From Patellaria atrata CBS 101060 (lineage: Eukaryota), in assembly GCA_010093705.1 (NCBI GenBank), contig MU006092.1, forward strand, positions 1,258,350 to 1,322,349: a stretch of 64,000 nucleotides of DNA. Direction: 5' to 3'. Below the pieces are notes generated by a model, which saw only the letters and a program-made list of their open reading frames with translations, searched no databases and was not told the DNA's origin. This document shows, one piece after another, positions 13,377-26,474 of this stretch. A program made the translations under genes and the position numbers. Numbering within the stretch: the stretch's first letter is position 1; each line of letters opens with the position of its first letter.

Positions 13377-15442
13377 ATGGCAGACGCTCTAAAAGCAGAA
13401 GGTAATAAGCTCTTCGCAGCAAAAGATTTCCAAGGCTCAATGTATGGACCCCGCAACACCTAAAAGTCACATTGTAGCTAATGAGCTTTTGATTATAGAG
13501 AGAAGTTCTCTCAAGCTATTGAACTTGATCCTTCGAATCATGTACTTTATTCAAATAGATCTGGCTCCTATGCCTCCCTGAAACAATTCGATAAGGCGTT
13601 GGAAGATGCGAATAAGGTAACTGAGCTGAAATCGGACTGGGCAAAAGGTTGGGGCCGTAAAGGAGCTGCGTTGCATGGGAAGGGAGACCTTGGTATGTAT
13701 ACTAAGCTATATGGTGGGATAGTAGGGATAGGCTGATATTGATATCAGTTGCCGCCCTCGACGCCTTCAACGAAGCTCTCAAACTCGAACCCAACAACGC
13801 CCAAGCGAAATCCGGTCTGGCGGCTGTACAACGCGCAATAGACGCTGAAGCGCAAGCCGATAGCAATAATCCCCTCGGCGGACTGAATAACATGTTCAAC
13901 GACCCTCAACTCATCCAGAAGCTGGCGAGAAATCCTAAAACGAGCGGGTTGCTGGGTGATGCACAGTTTATGCAGAAGCTTAATCAGCTTAAATCGAATC
14001 CAAGTGCTATTGGAGAGGCAATGTCAGATCCTAGAATGTTGCAGGTCATGAGCGTGCTATTAGGAATTGACATGCAGTTTGGTAATGCGCCAGGTGAAGG
14101 TGGGGATGCTTCAGCCCCCAAGGAACAGGAGGAGGATATACCAATGCCAGATGCACGACCTGAACCTACTCAATCCAAGAAAAAGCCCGAGCCGGAACCA
14201 GAACCGGAACCGGAACCGGAAGACGAAGAGGCGGTCACCAAACGCGAAGCAAAAGAGAAAGCAGAACAGGAAAAGAAACTAGGCACAGAGAATTACAAAA
14301 AGCGACAATTCGACGCAGCCATCGAACATTACGGCAAGGCTTGGGAATTACATAAGGACATAACCTACCTCACCAACCTCGGTGCCGCCAAGTTTGAAAA
14401 AGGCGACTACCAAGGCTGTATCGAAGCCTGTCAACAAGCCATCGAACACGGCCGTGAAGTGTTAGCCGATTTCAAACTAATAGCCAAGTACGTCTATAAT
14501 CCCCCCNNNNNNNNNNNNNNNNNNNNNNNNNNNNNNNNNNNNNNNNNNNNNNNNNNNNNNNNNNNNNNNNNNNNNNNNNNNNNNNNNNNNNNNNNNNNNN
14601 NNNNNNCCCCCACCCCAGAGCATTCGGCCGCATAGGCACCGCCTACGAAAAACTCAACGACCTCCCCACCGCCATCCTAAACTACCAAAAATCCCTCACC
14701 GAACACCGCACCCCCGAGATCCTCGCGAAGCTCCGCGCGGCCGAAAAGGCCCAAATCCAAGCCGAGAAGCAATCATACATCAGCCCTGAAGAAGCGGAAA
14801 AAGCGCGGGAGCTAGGGAACCAGCACTTCAAAGACGCCGACTGGCCCGCCGCGGTGGAGGCGTACAGCGAGATGATCAAGCGCGCCCCCGACGACGCTAG
14901 GGGGTACTCGAATCGAGCTGCATGTTTCATCAAACTACTCTCTTTCCCCTCCGCGGTGCAGGACTGCGACGAGGCCATCAAGCGCGATCCCAGCTTCATC
15001 CGCGCGTATTTGAGGAAAGCACAGGCCCTGTTCGCGATGCGGGAGTATAACAAATGTCTCGATGTCTGCTCCGAGGCCGCGGTGCACGATACAGACGGCA
15101 AGAACGCGAGGGAAATCGATCAACAGCAGCAGAAGGCGCTCATGGCACAGTTTTCGGCCCGTGAGGGCGAGACCGAGGAACAGACTATGGAAAGGGTCCA
15201 GCGGGATCCGGATGTGAGTGCCCCTTCAATTTTCCCCATCCTTCCAATCTCAAAAAAAAAAATGAGATGGACTGTACTGATAGGAGTAGATCGTAGCTAT
15301 ACTCCAGGATCCGGTTATGCAGAGTATCCTCCAGCAGGCTAAGACGGATCCTGCAGCGCTGCAGGATCATATGAAGAATGCGAAGGTTAGGGCTAGTATC
15401 CAGAAACTCGTTGCTGCTGGTGTTATTAGGACGGGCCGGTAG
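13377..15442 (+). CDS. STI1: Hsp70/Hsp90 co-chaperone Sti1/Hop (TPR and DP domains), multi-exon
   Basis: MADALKAEGNKLF..., NHVLYSNRS, KKLGTENYKKRQF, ARGYSNRAAC, C-terminal ILQDPVMQSILQQA..IQKLVAAGVIR. The N-gap lies inside an intron. Confidence 0.95.
14507..14606. other. Assembly gap (100 N) inside a poly-C-flanked STI1 intron
   Basis: Run of N between GTACGT...cccccc and ccccacCCCAG. Confidence 0.95.
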
Positions 15443-16322
15443 GTGCGTGGTTTGCTGATCGGGACCCAGGGGTTGAGGAGGAGCGAGAGAAGTAGGGGGG
15501 AGAGGGGGGATAGGGGGAGGAAAGGGAAGAGTGTGAGAAGAGGGATGTGTGACGTGGAAATGATAGCGAGATAGCGAGATAGATACTGCATACTACATAC
15601 TGAATACGATAAAATGGAATAAATACCATGGTTAAGATGCATGAGTCGTCCTGATCTACAAGTACCTTTTGATGTTTGAGATGAGATCCTCGACTGCATA
15701 TGAGAACGGGAGATGGATCGGATGAGAGGTAGACTGGATGGGAGAATTGGCTGTACGGAAAAGGTTTCCACTCTGTGGAGGAGTCAAATATACTTTGTAT
15801 GGAAAGAGTGAACGTGCAGAGAAGAGTCAAACCGTACCACCCTAAGAATCTAAGCTATAGGACACGACAAGAGTAAATTACTAAACACAGTGCGGAAAGA
15901 GCGGAATGTACTGCTCGTAACGAAACCACTGTGCGAATAGGGAGAATAAGGGTGAAGTGCACGAATAAAGCGGACAACATGGATTTCAAGGATTGGACGA
16001 AACTTTAGATAGAAAATTCAATGTCCCAAAGGAAATCGGTTTCATTCTAATTCTAACTCTACTCTAATGCCAATTCGTTGCTCATCATGCATTAATTCCA
16101 TCAACGGTATCGCAGCAGCTACCAAGTCGCCAAAGTTCTCGATCTCATGCATCCGAAGTTACCACATTCTCATTCTCTCACTGCAGAAACTTATACTCGC
16201 CAAATGCAAACTCAGATGCCTCATAAGAAGCAATCAGCCAATTGTGTACAATCACATTCTCTCATCCTGCAAGTTTCAACTTCAAAGTAGAAGTGACCAA
16301 GACTATCACAATCAGGCACACA

Positions 16323-18662
16323 CTAGTGCTCCAACAACCTCAAGCTACCCTGGACAACCACGTTCTCCAAGATACTTCCTGGTGGAATATCAATCGTCTG
16401 ACCCTCAGTGGCAACGATGATAACTGTTCCCTTCAAGGTGACACCACGACCCAGGTTGACTGCACCAGTGATGGTCAAATGATCCAACTCGACAATCTTA
16501 GGGATGCTGGAAATGCGGGATTGAAAGCTTGAGACCTTCTTGAAGTCGGATCCGAGTTTGATGAGCGGTGCGGGACCGAAACGGTTGGGATCCATGACGA
16601 GCTGACCGTGCTGCAGGGTGTAGAGGTCCGACTTGACGAGCATAAGGTCGGAGCAGGTCTTAACGGGCAAGAAGCGACGACGAGGGACGTTAACACCGTG
16701 AGCGTTCTTGAAGTGGCGGATAGCTGCACCGACGGCAGTTTCGAGTTGGATGACGCTGAGGTCGGCTTCACCCTTCTTGTCGGCAGGGATTGATTTCTGA
16801 TTGGGGATAATCTCCATGGCGAGTTCATTGTTCTCGACGACACGCTTGACAGCATGAAGGTTCATCCAGATGTTGTTCGTATTGAAGTACTTGAACTTCT
16901 TGATTGACTTAAATTCATTGACATGCTCCTTAGGTACCTGAGCAATTTCCAAGAGACGAGCGGTGCCCTCGTAATCGATGATGGTACCACCCTTGACATC
17001 CGCCTTGGTCTTATCAGTCAACTCCATGATGTATTCAGAATTACTGTCAACCATGTGTTGCAAGATGCGGAGGTCGACGACAGCGCCCAAGTTATCGGCA
17101 TTAGATAGGAAGATGATTTCAATCCCTCTATCCAAAAGCTTGTCGAGAATTCCGGAGTTGTAGAGGGATTCGAAGACGTCACCGTGTCCTGGTGGGTACC
17201 AGTCAGAGATTTGGGAGTCTGCAGACTTTGGAGCGGGTAACAGAGAATCCTTGAGCACACGGGGGTACTTTGACTGGTTGAAGGTAAGGATATCGATATT
17301 ATGACCCTCATACTTCTTGATGATGTTTGCGGTATCCGCATCGGTATTGAAGGAGTTCATCAGAACGAAGGGGACGTTCACATCATACGTCTTGTTGAGG
17401 TATTCGATTTGTCGGACCGATAGGTCGAGGAAGGACATGCCATCGCGAACTTCGATAACAGACTTGGGACCAACACATCCCATAGAAGTACCAAGACCAC
17501 CATTTAGCTTGACGACCGCAAGCTTGTTCAGAAGTTCGACGGATTGTGAATTTGCAAGATCAGCATAGTTGACAACTTGATCTTCCTTGGGTGGTGCGAT
17601 CCTCGACCACTCGATGGCATTGCCCTTGGCTTTGTCGTTTAGATATCTGCGGAAAAGAGCGAAGAAGTTGTCCATCTCAGTCTCGAACCGCTATCTTCTA
17701 TGAGCAGGTGTTTCTCACGCGAGGGTTGATTAACACATACCTTCTTTTCATTCGGATCCTTCACCGTGTCGGCGAGGTTATTGAGGGCATTTCGCATCTG
17801 TGATGCGGCGACCGAGGTAGAGGTGTTTTCGAAAGCCTGAAGATCGGATGATTTGCTCATCAGCAATTGGTCTTCTAGTGGACAACAGTCACAAAAGAGG
17901 GATTCATGAAATGGAGAAGAAGTAAAGGCGTCTGTCATAACAGTGTCTTCTTGAATCTATGTTGAATAGGAGACCAAAGTAAGTAAATGATAAAGAATGG
18001 AATTGATTGTTAGTACTAGGGTGTCCACTATCTCGGCGATATCTGGGGGAGGGGGAGGGTGTGGGATTTAGGGTCGCTCAGTCGATAGGATGGGAGAGAT
18101 AATCATGCCCGGTTTTGGCAAATTAATCTCTTGTATGTTCATAGTCTTTGTATGGAATAGCCGGGTTCAAGATGACGCGTTTATAAATTTCCTAACCGTT
18201 AAGAACGCGTCGTCTGCTGGTCGGTACTGGTGTGAGCTGAGATCCTCATTTGATAGAGGAGGTTTGCTCAGAGTTCCACCATGGGTTTGAACTAATGTAC
18301 TGGCCTAATGTGCCGTTGGATGTTATAGTCCATATGGGAAACCTAAATCTTGACAGACTCTTCTGATTGCATTTGACAGAGAGACATGAGTACAAGGTAG
18401 TTCGGTTGTTGAAAAGAACGAGCCATGTATTTGCTCTGATAGAAACATGTTATAGATGGATGAAACAGTTTCTAGAAGCAATACTATAGCCCCAGTGAAG
18501 GATAGTGAAGGAGATATGGGTTCATGTTTGACGACGGGTCGAATTGGTACTCACCACATGTGATTGTGTCTTCCCATGGTGTTTCCTAGCAAAACCAGAG
18601 TCGCTCTCCGCACTTGAAGGCTTCAAGTGAGAAGGAATCGCGTTCTTGATTGCCTGAGACAT
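16323..18662 (-). CDS. UGP1: UTP-glucose-1-phosphate uridylyltransferase
   Basis: Exon 1 [10 protein letters not shown]...HGKTQSHV (18555-18662), 718-nt intron 17837-18554, [48 protein letters not shown]. Confidence 0.96.
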
Positions 18663-20764
18663 TGCGGATATTCGAGAATTGGAGTGTAAAGTGGGTGGAA
18701 AATGAAGGAAGAGAGTTGTTGCGGGTTGTTGTTGTTTCTTGCTGAAGGTGGGCGGGTTGGAAGTTTTTTTTGGAGCTTGGGCGCTGTTAAAGCTAAAAAG
18801 CTGGGCGGTGACGACAAAGTGGGGAGCGTCGTGCAAGCAGCCGACAGGGATCTTGGAGGGGCAGATGGTGAAGGCGGAACACTTTCTAAATACTGTGATG
18901 GTTTACAGTACAGTTGAGAGAGCGTCTTTAGGAACTTGGAGAGGAAGAATTGATCAGTGAGAAGCATAGTACTCGGCCTCTGCAAGTTCCTCCTTTATAT
19001 GCACTCTACCACGCCTCTTTATTGAGGTGTTGTTGACACTCAACGCTTTTTCGTGGCCCGGCAACCAGACCGAGGGGCAAAAGCTATTTCGGGATTATGT
19101 TTGCTGTTCTCGATGTATTGCTGATCAGATATCACACCTTTGACATGTCCACCAAAAACTTCCTTCACACCGGTACCGACGCTTAGGTTTAACGTCAAAT
19201 GTACGTATGAATTGTTATCCTAAGCTTCACGGATTAAATCGAACACTTCGGTTAGTCACGGTCATTGAGGTTACATCATCCTCGATTCCATCCTCTGCTT
19301 ATGGGAAATTTTCCATCTTTCTCCATGAAAACTCCCCATCTCTCCACCATCAAAGGTTCTCTCGGCTCATTTTCGTATACAGTGGCGTTGACACATCTTC
19401 GCGCCTAAACCTTACAGTAGAACTAGTACTAACGCCACAGGAACAAGACTTTCCTTTTCTCCCCTCCTAATCAAGAATAAAAATTAAAAAAAAAAAATTA
19501 AAAAAAAATTAAAAAAATAGCAACCACTACAACTAATCCCTCATGCAATATCCCAACATTTTCTAAACCACCTTTCAAGGGTCTCAGTAATGATTTTCCC
19601 CATCTCGATAACGTACGGAATAGAACCTGCCCATGTTATCAGTTAGTACCGTAGAGACGAAGTCATCCCCGCCGCAATATCTATAGACCTTGTTCCTCTT
19701 TCGTCTGTCTACTTCCTGTCAACCATGCACGTGGGACGGCTTAAGTCAACCCCCACGTGAATGCCAGAAGCCTACGAAAACGTCCCCGAGTTTGAGCAAC
19801 GTTGGCTGTTTCGTCGTCCCGAGAGGCTGCTCTCAAAGGACAAACCAGAAGATACATAATAAGCCATATCACCTCCATGAATTGGACATCTGCATCGACT
19901 CTGCTTTTTATATATTGAAACCGTTTCTGCCGCATGACGATAATTGAAAAATCATCCCCATGGAGACCGATAACATTAACAACAATGAATGGACGGTAGG
20001 ACGGCCGTCACTTGCATATACTCGGCTCTTCCGGTATGGACTTGTCCCTTGGGATTCTAATCAGTAGGATTTCACGAAATAGCAGGAGTAAATTCGAGAT
20101 AATTTTCCTTGATTCCATTTTTTTCAAGGCAAGAATTTTATTCTATGTGAATTCCCGAAAAATTCAGGGCTAGACGGAATCTAGGTCCCCGTCGACGAAA
20201 ATGTCGATTTATACTTTCTACGCACATGTAAGCCTTTCAGGTGGAAGAGCTCCATCAAGCATATGCGACAAATAAAATGTCAAATCCTCGTCTTGTCTAT
20301 AAAGTTTTTATTGCTAGTGCTCCTAATTCCACTCTCAGTACCATTACATTTGCCAATCGTCAAGCGCCGGTGTTGGGTTTAAGAAATTTGACGAAAATAA
20401 CTCTGATAACATGCGGATGATAAGGATTTTCAGAAATATAGGCTGTCTAGAACGCTATCGCTACATACTAGTAGGGAATCCCATCTGATAATTCATATTC
20501 TAACCTTCCCCTCGGTTCAATTGCCATGTTAATTGAATCTTACATGTCTGTACAGTAATTCCTTATTATCATAGTGAGGAAACCCTTCACTAAGGCGCTT
20601 CCTAGTAGGACTGTACAGTTCGGCCAAGTCTGTACAGAACCGTTAATTATACAAACTGCCTAGGCCGTACCATTCCATCTGACTATGGGGTTCACCTGGG
20701 CTGTACTCGACGCTGTACTTTGACCGAGCCGTACAATTTGATAGACTGTAAAGTACGACAGAAG

Positions 20765-20854
20765 TGTACAATTCGACTGGACTGTACTATTCGACTAAAG
20801 CGTACAATTCGACTGGACTGTACAATGCGACTAAAGTGTACCATTCGACTAAGG
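20765..20854 (+). repeat. 18-bp minisatellite, 5 clear copies in an alternating (36-bp) higher-order pattern, with decayed copies on both flanks
   Basis: tgtacaattcgactggac / tgtactattcgactaaag / cgtacaattcgactggac / tgtacaatgcgactaaag / tgtaccattcgactaagg. Confidence 0.85.
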
Positions 20855-21656
20855 TGCACACATTCCCAAACTATAAAAGAATCCCTAACCTGTACAAACA
20901 GATAGACCAGATAAGCCCACCAACCCCATACCAATCATCTAGATCGTATAGACCAACCAGGTCTTATAGGAAACCTGAACCGTACGGAGCCAACTCAACG
21001 TATAGAACGAAACTCAACATAGAGACCCGCCTACCGTAGAACGGCGCAGAACTCCTCACCTATATGAACCCATGGCCTATACGCTACAAAACCACTATCC
21101 CGTACTACGATTCCGTACAAACTCACCATCCCGTACAAAAATAACGAGACCCTATAAAATCGACTAGAGCGCACGTAGAGTATCCAGACAATGCCAAGTA
21201 ACAAGTCTTATCACTCTATGGAAAACAAGACCGTAGAGAACAAAACCTCATCACTTACAAAATCATCGGTGTACATTGAATATGTGGGGGGCTATATAGA
21301 GTAAATAGACCGTACGCGGGTATGGTAAATAGCGCGTACCATCATACATCCTCGTTTCTTAATCTCGAACGTAAGGCCCAAGGATTCCTGTCGTATACTC
21401 CTCGCCAGTTCCGGCGCATACATTTGACGTTCCATCAATCCAATTTACAAATTGTACAAACACTCACTCAAGGTATAAGAACATGTTTCAGTCTTTGGAT
21501 AGTACCTTTCACCAAGCTCAGAGGTCACGTAGTTAATCTTATATTCAACAGACCATCGCGATTGCGATCTCCCTAATCTCATCATCTTACACCTCTTCCC
21601 TTCTTTTCCCCTCTTCCTATGTTTACCTCTACTCCACCCCTCCCTCATACCATCCC

Positions 21657-24600
21657 CTACACCATCTCACTCTCCGGAGGCCCCAAATAACTCCCCTTAA
21701 CTCCGCCCGCACCCCCCGCCATCCCGCCCAAATCCACCACCACCTTCTGAAACACTACACCCGGTTCGAGAGCCCACACCCTGAGCGTATGCGCTCCGGC
21801 ACTCATCGTAAAATTCGTCGTAGAATACCACGCCGCGTCCGCAACAGCCTTATACCAGCCGACCGGATTCAAATTACTATCCTGCTTGAACTTCTGATCG
21901 ACCACATACTGCACGACTTTCGGCTCCGCTTCATCGACTTGGACGGCGTACTTGAGCGGCCGCTCGCGGATCGTGTTGATCGGCGTGCCGAGATGCAACG
22001 TCACGTTCGCCGGCTTCGACGACGAGGTGTTGGTGAAAGTGTAGATGCTGTATTCGAGCGCTGGGGACCCTGAGTCGGGTGACTGCGAGGCGGCGAGGTT
22101 GTCCGAGAGTTTGACGCCGGAGAGCGTGCGGCCGTAGTGCGGGATCTCGATGTAAGTTAGCTCGTCCGAGGCGCCGGAGAGGGAGGTGTAGTGGGCGGCT
22201 TCGATGGCGATGTGGCCTCTGGACTCGACGAAGCCGTGAAAGTCGTCGGGGACGACGGTGTTGTTGATGGGGAGGAAGAGCCAGGGTGCGTTGAACTGCG
22301 CGCCATAGTCTGTGCTGGAGGTGACGTTGAGGCGAGAGCGGCTGCCGCCGGCAGGAGCGGAGGCCCAGTCCACGTCGACGTAGATGCGGGTTTGCATGTC
22401 TTCGAGCCCGCCACGGGGGTCAATGCGGCCGGTGTAACTTGTTAGTTTGACGTGGGGCTCGGCGCTGATGGTGTAGGTGAAGGCTTGGGTGCCGGTACTG
22501 TAGATGTCGATGTAGGTCTTCTTGCCGAAGGGATCCATGGGTTGCAGTTCAAGCCAGTTCTGGCCGTTGCCGTGCCAAGGGTCATCGCCGGGAACGGTGG
22601 CGTTGGATGCTTCAACTCCGATTCCCATGTCGCCGTTCAGTCCTCTTTCTAGAGCTTGAACGTAATACAGCGGCGGGGTTGTTTGACGCATTGTTTGCTG
22701 CCAGTGCGCGTATCCGATGTGTGTCTGGTCCATCATATGTGCCCACCGGCCATTGAGCATGGTGTTGTATTCTTCGCTAAGCTTTCTGTCTTCTTCGAAT
22801 GCATCGAGGACGTTTTGCGCGGCGATGTTAGTACTAGTACGGCCTTGTTGAGCGTAGAGTTTATTGTACGCTGCGTGGATGTGGACGTCGTGGACTGCTT
22901 TACCGGCGCGTACGGGGTGTAGTACCATTTCGAAGAAGGCGGGCTGATGCGCTGAGTCGAGAGCAGAGTTGATCATCTCGGTAGCGTTAAGGAGGGAAGA
23001 CCATTCGGAGAGGACTCGCTCAGCCTCTTCATAGTTTATCACGCTGTATGTCGAGGGATCTAGCAGCTCGTACTTGCGGCGGGCTGAGAGCTGGCCGTAG
23101 GTAGTCAGAACATCTGCAATTGCTGAGGCATGTTCACTGCCGAATTCACGGGCAGCCCATGCTGCCGTCCACGAGACGGTGCTGTTCAGGTCGTAGGCAG
23201 TGATGTCATAGGCGAGATCGAAAAAGTGACTAATGGGGAGTTCCTGGGGTGAACGTTAGTAAGTGGTTGAGAGGAGGGTGGTTTCAGAGGAGGAACTTAC
23301 GAGAGGCTTGATGTCGCCGACGTTGACAATCCAGATGTCTCGTGCATGACGTTCGTAAGCCATGGACATTTGCTCCCAAGTCTTCTCGAGCTGGATGGTG
23401 TTAATCCATTTGTAGTTTCTTGGATCACCAACGTAATCGAAATGCTACAGCATATCAGTCGATTTTCTTCGATATCACCAACAGTACCGCTCACATAATA
23501 GACCCCAGCACCACCACTTCTCTCCACCTCTGAGCCAACAGGCAAGCGTCTTAGATTACCCCAATTATCATCCGTCCAAAGCAAGGTAATATCATCCGGC
23601 ACCTCAAAGCCATCCTCATAATACTCCTGGACCTCCTTATACAGACACCACATCTGCGGCACATCGTTCACATTCTGCTCTCCATACAAATCCGCCAAAA
23701 TATCTCTCTGAGCATTAACCACATTCTGGAGATTCTCGACCTCGATATCTGCGGACATAGCGGTGTCACCCACGCCACGCATACCCATGGTGAGCACGCC
23801 TTCGTAGGGACGCGCACGTGCAGCGCATTGCTCGAAATACTCGTAGAGAGTGGCGTTGTTGGTCTTCCATTGGTATTCGGAGGTATGAAAGTTACCCCAT
23901 TCGTTTGTGGCGCACATCATAGGTTCGGTGTGGGAGGTACCCATTACAATACCGAATTCATGAGCAAGAGGCTGGTTACGCGGATCATCAACACCGAACA
24001 TCTCACCCCACATCGCGGGCCAGAGGTAATTTGCTCTTAGACGGAGGAGAAGCTCGAAGACGTGTTGGTAGAAATCAGCATAGTAGGAGGAGCCCCATTG
24101 GTTGCGGGGATACTTCGAGTTCATCCAGCCTGTGAGCGCGGGCGCCTCATCGTTGATGAAGAAGCCGCGGTATTTGACGGAGGGAGAGGCTTGGACTTTG
24201 GTTTCTCCGATGGCGTAGATTTCGCTATGTTGTTTAGCGGGTACGTCGGCGAACCAGTACCAGGGGGAGACGCCGATTTGCTCGGAGATGTCGTAGAGAC
24301 CGTAGATGGTTCCCCGTCTGTCGGCGCCTATTGTACGATTAGCATCATATATCCCATAGTTGTTGATTGAAGATATCTTACCAGCAATAACCAAAGCTTG
24401 AGAGACTCCCGGCATGGGATTACTCACAACCGTACTCACAAAAGCTTCCCACTGCCCTTTAGTATTGCTGACATCAATCTTTCCTGCCGCCACAAGGTCA
24501 TCAATCATCTTTGATTTCCCAATGGTACCAGCAAGGATATGACCCCCAACTGTGCCATTAGAGCTCATCTCGAAAGTAGTGATACCGGTGACGTTGAAGA

Positions 24601-24895
24601 TGGCGGATGCGTTGCCAACAGTAGAGTTTCCGCTATCCATAAGATGTACGGCGCCATTTGTGCCAGTAACACGCCCAAAGTCCTTTGCCAGATCATTGGA
24701 CGCTCTTAAAACAGACGGATCATCACCCTTGGAAACATGAATCTGAACAGCACTGCCATGGCTAGCGAGCTTCAAGGTGCTGTTGTTACCAGCTTCGAAG
24801 CCAATTGTCGCATTTTGACCAATTGCAAGCACGGAGGGTAGAAGTAAGAGCAAGACTGAAAGAAACAATGACGAAAAGCTATTGAGAGCCCTCAT
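21657..24895 (-). CDS. Secreted glycoside hydrolase family 115 (xylan alpha-1,2-glucuronidase), multi-exon
   Basis: Signal peptide; ADRRGTIYGLYDISEQIGVSPWYW, SVKYRGFFINDEAPAL, NYLWPAMW, GTSHTEPM, LYKEVQ, DDNWGN, HFDYVGDPRNYKW, NVGDIKP. Confidence 0.93.
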
Positions 24896-25863
24896 CTTGA
24901 TGATTAGAAGTCAAGATGGTAAAAGGGAGAAAAGGAAGCTCGAGCTCAACGTACCTTTCGCAGATCCTGGGGAACTGCCCTAATTATACCATAACAGCAT
25001 CATCAATAACCCCAGCTCTCTTACCTCCATTCGCCGGGAACGATCAAAACGTGATATAATCGCCATGGGGAGAAGCATGTAGCGATCCGGGTATTATAGT
25101 GGATAAATTAAGGGGACGATCGTAGCTCCAATCTACGGGATAGAAAGATCCTAGAAAAGCTATGGAAGCATCATGGAACTCTGGAAGGTCAAGGGCTTGG
25201 TCTATTTCGATGTCGTATTGAGCCGGGGAAGATAGATGAAGAGGCTTGTGGTTCTCGAAAGTGGGATATGGAACGGTTCTCTAGATGGCATGCGGTAATG
25301 CAGGTACATACATTAAGTTACTTCTCGTGCATTTCTTCTATATAAGACTCGCTAGATGAACATTGTCCGTATGCGAGCATGGTATGGTATAGCCGTGATG
25401 GTCAGTCTCGACCGTGAATGCCAATATATCAAGATGACATGACAAGACATAAGCCGGGCTGGTGGGAAGTGTTGACAACGAGGTCGAACATGGGAAGCCG
25501 GATAAAATCTGTTCCCCATGCGGCTCCACTCCCTTCAATTTCTCCACATGACGCATCCCGCCACGAGACGTCCTACACCTAATCCAGCTAGCCCCTCCAT
25601 ACCCTCCCAGGATAATTTTATATCCAGCAAACGGCGAATTTTCTGAGGCTCACAAACACCAAGAGTCCAACGTTTATCCCACTCTCCGCACGCATTTAGG
25701 CACCTCGACGACGGTTCACTGGCTCACTCCCGTCACTCGCACCACAACATCTCCAACTTCCTCGGTTCACAATTCTTCCCGTAAAAATCAGTTCACCACA
25801 TCCTCACGTGGGAACGTCGCCACTCCTCTCCAAGTTCTTGGGCTCTTAGATTATTCCATAGCC

Positions 25864-26192
25864 ATGGCACAAGGTGCTCCGAAGCTGAAATCCAAACCCG
25901 CCGCGAAACCCCGCTCTGGTTCTCGTAGTGGGCCGAAACCAGGAGCGAGGGTTATAAAACCTAAGAATCCGAAGCTTATCAAGCAGCAGAAAGTTATCAA
26001 GGTGAGTCCTTTCTTTTGTGATGAGGTTGACTGACTGAGTTTGGGAAATGTGGGTCGTGACTGACTAATTTGGTGTAGAAACGAACGGCGGGTTTAACGG
26101 CGCAGACGGAGAAGGCGTTGGCGGAGCGAGCGGGGCATTTGGAGATGTTGAAGGGGGGTAAGAAGGAGAAGGAGAAGGAGAACAAGGGTTGA
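25864..26192 (+). CDS. UPF0390/DUF2462 small basic protein (not in the ORF track)
   Basis: [12 protein letters not shown]...[17 protein letters not shown] | intron 26002-26078 | [29 protein letters not shown]. Confidence 0.85.
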
Positions 26193-26474
26193 AGGGGCGC
26201 AGAGAAGGGAGAGGTTGTTACGAATTTGCTTCGAATGTTGGGGAGGCGGCTCATGTATAGATTTGGGGAATGATCAAAACTTGATACCCACTTTAGAATT
26301 ATGTCTTGGGTGTTCTGAAGAGGAATGAGCATACCAATCATGGAGTATTGATCTGGGTCTTATTTTATTGAATGATATCTTATACGGTCTCTCTGCAAGA
26401 TCCATTCCCTTATATGTCAAATCTACATCTACCTAAATGATATCCAACACCGTACATACCAGTCACAAATACCC

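Noticed and set aside
14185..14222. CCGGAA hexamer repeat in STI1
   Set aside because: Ordinary (PE)n linker seen in fungal Sti1 proteins.
14507..14606. Apparent disruption of STI1 by Ns
   Set aside because: The gap lies within an intron and the flanking exons join sensibly.
19476..19517. A-rich tract (also 30355-30405 and poly-T at 40417-40433)
   Set aside because: Simple poly(dA:dT) tracts typical of fungal intergenic DNA; no retroelement body attached.
20765..20854. CRISPR-like appearance of regular short repeats
   Set aside because: Units are contiguous with no unique spacers, there are no cas genes, and the context is eukaryotic.
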